DNA of 64,000 bases from Vicugna vicugna (taxonomy: Eukaryota): contig MU058844.1 in the NCBI GenBank assembly GCA_013265495.1, positions 3,233,819-3,297,818 on the forward strand. The letters are read 5' to 3'. The notes under the pieces were generated by a model. It was not told where the DNA came from. It made no database searches and was given only the letters and a program-made list of their open reading frames with translations. The position numbers were made by a program, and so were the translations under genes. Below are positions 1-10,662 of this stretch, piece after piece; within the stretch, counting starts at the first letter, position 1, and every line of letters starts with the position of its first letter.

Positions 1-3000
1 CATCCATCAAAATCCATCAGATTATACATCTGAAGGGTGTGTAGTTTACTGTGCAGAAATTATACCACAATAAAGTTGTTTTAAATTTTTTTCAAATAAA
101 GGCTGTGGGGAGGATGGCTGTGTTTGGGGCTCAGTTAAGGAAACTGGATCGTTTTAGTCACACTTTAACTAAGCCAGACTACTATAGTGTGGTTTTATCA
201 TTTTAATTGAATAGTGAAATTGTGAAATATGAGAGGAACAGAAAAAAATGAACCTGTAAATGCACGTGCAAGTAAACTTTTACTGTTGTCTGTAAACTGA
301 TCTCGTGCTTGCTTTTTAAAAACAGATGGCAACAATTGTGGTCAGAATTTCAGTGCCACCCAGCCGCTCCCCACTGACTCCCTTTACAGTTATTCAGGAA
401 GAGGAACAAGCAGTGAAAAATGAGAACAGGCAACCAGAGATGGCATCGTGGTGGGAACAAGAGTTATGCATCTGAGAAATTAAGGCAGCAGAACATTTCA
501 AGAGTGAGGCAGGGGTTAACAGTAACAAAGGTGGCCAGTAGGTCAGATAAGAGTGACTAAATGTGTCCATTAAATTTAGGAACAAGAGTGGTCAGGGGTC
601 ATCTTGAAGAGTAGTTTCAGTACAGCACACAAGCAGCAGCTGGATTGAAATGCGGTGATCTGTGAGCCGGAGATAAAATAGAAATGGGAACTTTCAGAGA
701 GGGTGATAGCTAGATGTGGCTTTGAGGATTTTCTCACCCAATGGCCTCTACTGGCTGATTTTTATTTCTTTATAATCCTTAAATCTAATTGTTAAATGTA
801 TTACCTCATTGATTTGGCATAATTTTACTTCAGCATGAGTAACCCTAACAAGTTATTTCTCAAATAAATACATCTCTTCTTCTAGGCTTTATGAAATACT
901 GAAACTCAGCGTTACTGCTTTGCATATAGCCTCAAGGATCCAGGACCCAGTTAAAACCCATTGCCACATAGCAGTCATTGTGTAATTCATTGGGAAAATC
1001 TGAAATTCCTTTTAACTTCCATTATCTGAAAGAATTTGAAGGAAAGTTTATGTATCTTGCAAGGTGGTTTGAAAACTCCTTGCATGCTACAGCTTTCTCT
1101 CATGGAACCTAGCATATGATTTTAAACACAGGATTAGGAGGTTTTGTTCTGTTCTGCTGTTTGAATTGGCATTGATTACGAACATAAAACCTGTTTTTCA
1201 AATTGATTTCTAGCTAAGTTTCGAACAGGAATGTTTCAATTCAATAAACATTGAGCACCTAGTATATTCCCGACAATTCTGGAGGTTAAAAATAAATGGC
1301 ACAAATCCTGCCTTGAGTTCACAGTTCATTGGGGAAGACAGAGATAAACAGATCATTGCAGCTCTGTGTTAAAAGCTGTAATAGAAGAACAAATTAATGC
1401 CTCCACTATTCCAGTCTACTTGCCTCCCACCCTAAGAGATTTGCTAAAGTGGTCATGCTGAATTTTTAACTAGCAGCAGCTCTAACTTGGCCTAAGTACT
1501 GTACTTAGTCTCTGTATCTGAAAAGAGTCTGGTGGATAAGTAACTTACTGAGGGAGTGGGAATAATTGTAGTCTATACAGACGCAGTGATGGTGTTTATG
1601 AATCTTTTGAGACTAATAAATTAGGCATTGTAGACAGTGCTTATTTTCTGCTTATCAGTTTATAAAACAAATCCTTTTTGGTGGATTTAATCTTGGGTGT
1701 ATGTATCATTTTTACTCACCTGATATAAATTACTTTTCTGAACAAGCTTTACAGTCTTTATGCTCTTTTATGCAAGTGTGCATGTTTTCTCTAAGCCACT
1801 TAAAACATGAATAATGTGAATCCAGAGTAACATTAAAATTAAGTAATCGTTTGGTTCTTCAGAGTGTTTTAATGGAATAATTTGAACATAACAAAACTTT
1901 GTAAGAGAAACTTCCCACACCACTCATAATCTTGTAGTGTCTGCTCTTTAATATGTATGATATTAGACCATATGCTCTTTCCACCATTACAGTCATATTA
2001 CATGCTAGTACTTTGATATTCAGTAATTTACAATAAATTTGTATCATTTCTTATCAAAAATTATTTTAACTGTTGAAATAATAAATTTTAGGGTATGAGT
2101 CCATTATAAGATTTTTTTTTCTGCAGAAAGTGACTGTATAAGAAATTTGAAAGAGCATAGTGCCTCTTGTTTACAATCACAGATCAAAGATAAATCAAGT
2201 GTGGTCTTTGCCTTCAAATAAATGTTCAGTATAACAGGCCTTAATTTAGGGGTAGTTATATAGCAGTTATACAGTCCAGGGAGCATTTAAGGTGTAGAAT
2301 TTCAGGCCCACACTGACAGAGGATTACTGCTAGTATCTTGTCAGGTAGGGCGGGGTGGGGCTGGGTGAGGCTGGGTTTCTCAGTTTATGAGATAGTGCTC
2401 ACTGTCAGTAAAATGCCTATAGCAGCCACAGTGAAAGATGTTATCCTCTTCACACAGCCACTTATCTACAAAGGAAGTTGATTAATTTTTATGTTAAAAA
2501 AAAATAAAGTAAGAAAATGGAGATTTCCTGAGTGTTCTTTTTTGAAAGGCTGTAGTCAAAAACTTTTTTAGCTTTTTGTCAATCAAATGGTGTGTCTAAC
2601 AGTGTCAGTATCCATTCTGAAGTACAGTGCAGTTATATCCCTGATAGTAGCCTTCTTAAAACCTATATGTTGTTTGGATTTATCCCATGATTTAAATTTT
2701 GATCTTTTACTCTTAAATGATTTTGTGACCATTTAATGCTTGCTTTCTGTAATTATAAACATCTTTATTTTTCTTTTTGGAAGTAGATGATTAAGAGTGT
2801 CTGGTTTCAATGACTATAAAATAAACAGTTGAATTTGATTTCCAACATCCCTTTCAGCTGTTAAATTCTATGATTCCTTTGTAATCATTTTTGGGCAGAA
2901 TGATAGCTTTTTAAAATTTGTTTATTGTTGGTATTTTATTCTGATTTAGAAACCCTTTTAAACAAATTTTTTCTTACTAGGTGAATGAAAATAAACTGTC

Positions 3001-3897
3001 TTTATCTTCAGAGGTTTTTAGCCCCCAAAACCCCAGACCCATAATTTGCATTCCTGTTGAACCAGTCATAGATTAAGAACCTTTGTAAATACTAATTTTT
3101 TATTTTTAAACATTTACTGAAACATGTGATAGACTTAGTAAATAGAAATTTGACTTAACACTTAAATTATTTTAGTATTTGAATGAAGTGTAGATACCTT
3201 AAGAGAACTGTTTGAATTTTCTTGGGAAAGAACATATGAAATCAGAAGTAACTTCATGCACTGAAGTAGCTACAGAATTAGAAAATTAAAAAGTAAGATT
3301 TAGAACTACAACTTTTTCTAGTAGTTTTGAAATTTTATCTTGAATTGGGAGTGACCTGAAGAAAATCCAGATTGCTTGGAAATCTTTAGTTGACTCAAAG
3401 GACATTTTAAGAGATCAATGAAAGTTTAAATGAAAAGATTGGTTTTTAGCAAATAAATTATTTTTGATTTATAAACAGTTTGTGTAAATTTAGAGTTGAA
3501 ATTAATCAAATACCTTTCCTAAACTTATGACCATAATTAGCAGATCTTCAAATTAGCAGATCTTCATGCAGTATATACAAAAAAAGAATACCTTTTCTTG
3601 TCTGGGGTATGTTTTCTTTGAAGTAATCTTGCCTAAAGAGAATCTTGATTTTTAAAAGCTAAACAGGACCAATGGGGAATGGAGTGATGAACAGGAAGTT
3701 GTGTACATGTATTAAAGCATGCTTACTGCATCAGAACTGATGGTGTTAACCTTTTAAAACAGGAATGGATTTTTAAATATTAGAGTTGTAGGCAAAAGAG
3801 CATGAGCTGTCTTCAGGTACTGAACTCTCTTCCATACATCCTTTTAGTGCAGCTTCATCAACTCCAAAAGTAAGGAGTCTCATTGACTGAGGGACCC

Positions 3898-4379
3898 TTT
3901 ATTAGTAAGAGTTCTCCAGAGAAACAGAACCAATAGGAAATCTATACATATAGTGATTGACTGTGAGGAATTTGCTCAGGCAGTTATGGAGACTGAGAAG
4001 TCCCACCCTCCACCGTCTCCAAACTGAAGACCCAGGAAAGCTGATGGGTTAGTTTGGCCTGAGTCTGAAGGCCTGAGAACCTGGGAGGTTAGTGGGTAAT
4101 TTGGAGTCAGAGGGCAGGAGAAGACGGTTGTCTCAGCTCAGCAGTCAGCCAGAGAGCAGGTGTGACTTACCCTTTCTTCACTGCTTGCTGTATTCAGGCC
4201 CTCAGTGTATTGGATGGTGCACACCCACATTGGGAAGGGCCATCTGCTTTACTTAATCTACCCATTCGAATGATCATCTCATCCAGAAACGCCCTCTTAG
4301 GCTCACCAGGAAATAACATTCAGTCAGATATCTGAGCACCTTGTGATCCAGTCACATTGACATAAATTTAATTGTTATA
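3898..4379 (-). mobile_element. MLT2-family (ERVL) solo LTR with 5-bp target-site duplication GACCC
   Basis: Typical gttctccagagaaacagaaccaatagg...tgagtctgaaggcctgagaacc...ctcatccagaaac; GACCC at 3893-3897 and 4380-4384. Confidence 0.88.
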
Positions 4380-6434
4380 GACCCATTCCAATTTGGTAGA
4401 ACTTGTCACTAAGTTCTTCCTTAGCCTGCAGTCTGTCTACCTCTCGGTAACTTTCTTTCATTTCATTCCAGTTGTGCCTTCCAGTAATCCACAGAATATG
4501 CCTAGTGACTGTTCTACACTGTAAAACGTTCAGGCATGTGAAGCTAGCTATCATGAGGTATTCCTCCCCTAGACTAACTTCCCTCCACTTCTTCAGTGGA
4601 CTGGTTTTCTGACTTCTTTGACATTATTAATAATTTTTCACACTGTAGTTCATGGTAACTCAGACCTGACCAATGCAAAATCTGGTGGATCTGTTGTCTG
4701 TAATACGAATAAAAGTGCCCCTCTTTTGTTCATCAGTCTTTTTGATGTTTTCAGTCATCATATGCTTCGTCTGTATAGCAGAGCTTCACTTATATTAGAC
4801 AACCATCAGGATTCGTTTTTCCTCTAAGTTTAGAAATCTTAATAAAAATAGCTAACATGCACTTAACCATGCGCTGAGTGCCAGACTAAGTTCACATTGT
4901 TTTACATATATTCACACATTTAGCGAGGTGTGTACTGTTACTGTGTGTTTTACAGAGGATCCTGTCACATTATAGGTGTGTTCTTCCAAGGCAAAATAGA
5001 ATAGATCTCTTAACTCCCTTTGTTTTTACACTCCTGTCATTGCCGCCTAAGACAGCTTGGAGGTGGGAGGGGAAAGCACTTGCATCATGTTAATTAACAT
5101 CAAATTAATGCATGTGGAGCTTTGAGTAAACTGAACCTTTGTCTTTGAATACATACTGTTATATTTCTCACATATCATATTTGTACAGTTATATTTTGGG
5201 AATTAAATATAGGAGACCATACTTTTATACCAATTAAAAGTTAGCTTCTCATTCCCACCTGTCTTTCTGGATCCTGATTCTGTTATCTAACATATTTGCT
5301 GATTTACCTATAGCTTCAAGTCATCTACAGATTGGAGAAATGTAATTTCTATGTTTCCACATCACTGACTAAAGTTCAGAACCGTGAGGAATTAGGAACC
5401 CAGTAATGCCTTAAAAATATCTTTTGGGTTGTTCTCTTATTTTGATACATTTAGTTATATTAGCCTATATTTTCTGCCTTGAGCCTGTAGGAATCCATGT
5501 TACTATATAAAGTAGTAATCAATGTCAGAGCTCCACCTTTCATCCAGCTCCATATTTTATCCCATAATTTAACTATTCTGCTATATTTCTTTTAGTTTTT
5601 TCTCATGGTTTTTCTCTTGTTATCATTGTTGAATCTAGATAATATCTGTACAACCATTCCACGATCCATACATAAGTCAGGTGACTTTGTGAAAGAGAGA
5701 GTTGAAACTGCATTATTAAAAATCTATTTATGAGTTTCAGTCATTACTGAGACTTCATAGTCATCCTTTGGTTTTCTTTTGGGGCCCTGCTCATTCACAG
5801 TAAAGTTTATGTGTCAGTTGGAATCCATCTTACTCTTCGTTTTGAAGGCTGTGACTATTGTTGCCCAGTTCTAGTCTTAAACCACCACCTCTGTCTTTTC
5901 ACATAAGCCCTCAAAGACTATGAACAGTGGTGGATCCGAGCTAGATTACGGACGCCAAGAGGCCTACAAAGACTAGGTATGTTTTCTTTAAAATTCCCCT
6001 TTTATGGAGTTTCAGCTTCCACTTAATATTTCTTTTTAAACTCTTCAAATCAAAGATCAAAGTCTTAGAGAACAAAGAAAAGCCAAGTAGATGTTCTACT
6101 TTCTGTTAGTATCTCAGTCCCAAATGGTGTGTCTCTCTCTTGATTGTCATATTGTAGCTAACAAGTGAAAAACAAAACTTTTTTGTTGTCTTTGGTGTTT
6201 CTGTCAATCCACCAGTTAGATGAATGAAAGAGTGAAGAGCAGAGATAGTGAAAGAGAGAGGAAAATAGTGGAAGAGGCTGTAGACGATCTAGAAATAGAC
6301 AGCAGCCTGATTCACCATTTGTAGGTAATTGCCAATTCAGATACTCCACTTTCGGAAAGTGGCTTATTTGCATTTGGTGCTTTTCCCTGGGCTTCCTTTC
6401 TTTAAACAGTGGAGGAACTGAAAATCAATGGTAA

Positions 6435-6850
6435 TCATGTCGGTTGCAAAGTGATAGAAACCCCCAAAAAGGAATTTATTGACAAATTACGGAAAAGATC
6501 ATGGATAGGACAGACTTTAGGCATTGACTAACTAAAGGACTCAAATGATCCAGTACTGACAGGCACATTTCCTTCCTCCTGCTGTGTTAGATCCATTTTC
6601 AGAGATTTTCCGTATCTCAGATTTCAGTTCTCTGAGAAGAAACAAGTCAGAGCCACAGCAGATGCCTCATTGCCACCTATTGGCCTTTGTTGAGTCACAT
6701 GCACCTTCCTAATCCCGGCATCGTTATGATCAGGGGAATGCCTGGATAATGGAGATAGACTAAATTGAGAGTTAGGAAAGGGCAGACCCCTTAACAGGCT
6801 ATTGCTGAAAACTGGGGGAAAAGGATGCTGAAGTGGCAATTAACAAATGT
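6435..6850 (-). mobile_element. Old MaLR (MLT1-like) LTR remnant
   Basis: ggttgcaaagtgatagaaaccc...gactcaaatgat...attggcc...tgagtcacatgc resembles MLT1J/K/L. Confidence 0.5.
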
Positions 6851-7880
6851 CCACTAGAATGTCTATTGAATTCTGATTATATTACATAAATTGGTATGTT
6901 TGGTGCTGTCTGTTTAAAAAAATATGAATATTTCTATTTCAACCTAATGAACATGAAGACTTAAAGTGGGGATAGTATAGTAGAAGGAACATAGCTTTGA
7001 GTCACAAATAGAGGTTCAAGTTCTAGCTCTGTTAATGTACCCGTATTATTGAGAAATTTAAGGACACCCAATAAAACCCTTTTCTCCTGGTTGAATTCTG
7101 TCAAGAGAAAAGACAAATATTGACACATAGTAATAAAAATACTAGTTTTATTATTAACAGGTAACAGTGAGGTTCTAATAATGAACCCAGAACTATACAT
7201 TTACCTACCCCCCCTCCAGGCACTTTGAACAGTAGTCTTTTTTATCTAGGGTTCTGGCTCCTGATAACTCAGTCCCAAATGCATGAGTTGCAGACATTTG
7301 GCTCACAAAACAAGGCAGGCAGGTAAAGAAGCTGCATATGTCTGCAAATCTGTCCATTTCTCCAAAAATCTGTCCAGCAGCTCATTTCACCTCGTTGCTA
7401 ATTGGTGGAATAGGAGGCCAGAATTTGTTGAGGAAAATTCTTCTTTGTGGAAACCAGAGGAATGATGACACACATGCTCCCAACACACAGACTTACGAAT
7501 CTTAATTATTTTAATCTCTCTTAAATAATAATTTATTTTGAATTGGTGTGATGTTCAGATCCTAAAAAATTTTGGGTATGAAAATTCAGAGAGATTATCA
7601 AATAACCATCCTCTCCAGTTTTTGAAGTTGGGTTTTTATAATAATTGATGTGTGAGTGGGAGGGAACCCATTTTGCCCAGGAGGTAAGTAAAATTGGTAA
7701 TAATTGGGCAAGCATAAGGATTTGTGATGTGGGAGGAAGCAGGCAGTGAAAGAAAATGTCTTACAGAATCCATAACTATCACATCCTTGCAAATTTAAAC
7801 CAAGGCAGGCAAACTTTTCCTCCACCAGCCATCCTCAACCAGCTGGTATAAATTCAAAGGTTTTAGCCTGTTCTTCTGTC

Positions 7881-8048
7881 CAGTGGTTCTCACACTGTGC
7901 TCTCTGAACCAACAGCATCAACATCACCTGAGAATTTGTTAGAAACCCTAATAATAGCTTTGCTGAAGCTCTAGAGGTGGGGCCCAGCAATCTATATATA
8001 AGCAAGCCCTCTAAGTGATTTTGATGCATCTTGAGCTATAAGAACTGT
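7881..8048 (+). mobile_element. MER5A (hAT-Charlie) MITE
   Basis: cagtggttctca...cagcatcaacatcacctgagaatttgttagaaa...ggtggggcccagcaatct...aagccctctaagtgatt. Confidence 0.85.
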
Positions 8049-8667
8049 ATACTATAATTTGCAAACATCCCCATGACAATTTCATAGCTGAAGATTAATT
8101 GTACTTGCAAGTAATCTGCTCTTGTTCCTCATCATTAAACATTTATTAAATATGGGGCATTTGGGGGAGGGAGAGAGGTTGAATAGGTGAAATAGAGCTT
8201 GAGCTTGAATGCCAAACAGGCATGAACATTAAGACTGTGTTTCCATCCTATAGATTTCACTGTAGTGGCATGATGCCTGTTTAAAAAACTAAATGTAGCA
8301 GCAAAGTGCAGCAAGGATTGGATGGAGGAGACGCTAGAATGAGAGAGAACCTGGGGGGTAGTGATTATAATTTGTGTAGAGGAACTTAAAGATCAAGAAG
8401 AAAAGTGGTTATATAGAATAGGCTTTTCAAAGGAACAATTAACTGAACTCAGTTAACTGAATGAAGCTAGGTTAGATGAAATCAAAGACGATTTAAGATC
8501 TCAAGCCCAGATGATTAAGATAATGATGGTTGGGGAAGGGAGCTCTCTAATTAGGGAATAAGATGAATCTATGGGCGTATTAACTTTGAGGTAATAGTTT
8601 AAAAGACATACGTGGAGAAAAAAGAAAGCTCATTTTTAGGTAGTTTAGATGAAGAGAGCTTGAAAGT

Positions 8668-8800
8668 ACATTTGTCCCTTGGTATCCACAGGGGATTGTT
8701 TCCAGGACCCCCTGAGGATACCAAAATCCACAGATGCTCAAGTCCCTAAATTGGTCCCTCTATCTGCAGGTTCCACATTCACCAGATTCAACCAGCTGGT
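8668..8800 (+). mobile_element. MER2/MER2B-like Tigger (TcMar) fragment
   Basis: gtcccttggtatccacaggggattgtttccaggaccccc...gataccaaaatccacagatgctcaagtccct. Confidence 0.8.
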
Positions 8801-8825
8801 ATTTTGAAGGAAATGAAAGTAATGC

Positions 8826-9100
8826 AGTCATTCACTCCTGAAACCCGAATTGAATGTCTACCGTGGGCCTAGAACAGTTCTAGGTTCTCAGGATACAGAA
8901 ATGGACAAACTCACGCCCTGTCTTTATAACTAATATTGTAGGTGGAGGAAGACAACAAATAAATCAATACATAAACAAGGTCATTTCAGACAATACTGAG
9001 AGCCGGCAAAGAAAAGAAAATGAGTCACAGTACAAAGTGACTCAAGGGTGGATAATTTCTTTAGATAGTTTGTCAAGGAAGGCCTGAGGTGGTGACATGT
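8826..9100 (-). mobile_element. L2 3' fragment
   Basis: cattcactc...tgaatgtctaccgtgggcctagaacagttctaggttctcaggatacag...gtcaaggaaggcct. Confidence 0.65.
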
Positions 9101-9289
9101 GACAGAAATCATGGTGAAAGATAGTTGTGGGACGCCAAAAGATGCTGGCATCAGAGTGGCCAAGGAGAATTGCAGGAAAGCGAATGAGAAGGTTTGTTGT
9201 GTTTTTTTGCCCTTTCAGGGGCTATTCTGTGTGAAAGGTTTGGAGAGAGATGATAGTGTATTCAAAGGAACACAGGCTGCTTGGAGACA

Positions 9290-9480
9290 TCCCAGCTCAT
9301 TTATATCAGGCATTTGTTAGCTGTGTAAAAACTCCTCGGTTTCTCTAAGGCTTATTCTTCTCAGTAGAGTCGGTAGTAATAACACTGCATGGGATTAAAT
9401 TGTGATGATTAAATGAGAGAATGAATTTAAAGCAGCTAGTGTAGTGCTTGGAACATAAGTGCTTAATGATAACTATTAAT
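9290..9480 (+). mobile_element. MIR SINE
   Basis: cctcggtttctc...gatgattaaatgagagaat...gtagtgcttggaacataagtgcttaat. Confidence 0.7.
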
Positions 9481-9739
9481 AATACTGATGGGTCATGTGA
9501 AATACCATTTCATTTAATAATGATGAAATCTAATGTCTTTTGATACACAGTTTTATTTTAGAGGTTACACTGACTTTTTATCATGCAAAACATTTTAAGG
9601 GCATGAGACTACAGTTAAAAATGTTTTGGCAATTAAATGATACGCTTTGAACAGCTGCCTGATGACACTTAGAAAATATGCTTATATGCATAATACTCTA
9701 AGATGGATTTTACTAACTTTAAGTATTTCCTTCTTACAG

Positions 9740-9952
9740 ATACGTTCATCTCATGACTGATATGAAGCAACTAGTCATGGGCCAAAGGTCAAGATACTTC
9801 CCCAGGAAATACTGCTGATGCTCCTTAACAAAGTCATACAATGAGTGTTTCGTTTCAGAAAGATTTTCATATTTAAAAGATTTTCATCTTGGAAATAAGT
9901 GAAAATTAGAGTCTTCTGGGAAACATTTTCCTCCTAATAAATTATACTTGTA
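9740..9952 (+). other. ATP2B1: 5' UTR part of exon 2, containing three upstream ORFs
   Basis: Acceptor tttccttcttacag ends at 9739; main ATG at 9953 is in a strong context (gtaATGG). Confidence 0.85.
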
Positions 9953-10160
9953 ATGGGCGACATGGCAAACAACTCAGTTGCATATAGTGGAGTGAAAAAC
10001 TCTTTGAAGGAAGCTAATCATGACGGAGACTTTGGAATTACACTTGCAGAGCTGCGGGCTCTCATGGAGCTCAGGTCTACAGACGCATTACGAAAAATAC
10101 AGGAAAGCTATGGAGACGTCTATGGAATTTGCTCCAGGTTAAAAACATCTCCCAATGAAG
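9953..10160 (+). CDS. ATP2B1: Exon 2 coding part (208 nt), N-terminus MGDMANNS...KTSPNE
   Basis: ATG at 9953; donor GAAG|gtgagt. Confidence 0.98.
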
Positions 10161-10585
10161 GTGAGTTTTATTACATTCATTTTTAGTACTTTGTACAGTG
10201 CGTACTGTAATTAGCTCATAAATAAGCATGCTTGTGTTATCTTGGCTATTTTTTGGTTATGCCATGATTTTTGTGGCAGTAAAGATGAGTCAACTATCAG
10301 ATTGGTGCACAGTAACCTTAGATCAAGAAATAGTTTTGCAAATTTATTTTTATGTTTTGAGTTGGTGGGAGGAAATATTTTATATTCTTGTACATATTAT
10401 GGCTGCTTGTTTACATTAGCATGATTTTCTTCCCACTTGAGCTGTAGAGGGTGGAACCAGGCTTGGTAGTTCCCAAGAGATTCAGTGGAAATAAACTCTG
10501 TTCACTACCCTTCATTTTGCCAGGCAGCTTAAAATAGTTTTCGCTGCCAGTAGCTGACCAAGTTTTTTTTTTTTTTTAACCTGAA

Positions 10586-10662
10586 NNNNNNNNNNNNNNN
10601 NNNNNNNNNNNNNNNNNNNNNNNNNNNNNNNNNNNNNNNNNNNNNNNNNNNNNNNNNNNNNN
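10586..10662. other. Assembly gap (77 N)
   Basis: Run of N bases. Confidence 1.

Noticed and set aside
3535..3566. 16-bp tandem duplication AATTAGCAGATCTTCA x2
   Set aside because: Ordinary slippage duplication with no functional context.
5925..5945. Resemblance of minus-strand AGCTCGGATCCAC to a cloning-vector polylinker
   Set aside because: Only about 13 bp match from memory and the flanks do not continue; insufficient to call contamination.
9917..9921. UGGGA (TURBS motif-1-like) upstream of the TAATG main start
   Set aside because: A 5-mer is expected by chance, and no ATG-initiated ORF terminates at that TAA.
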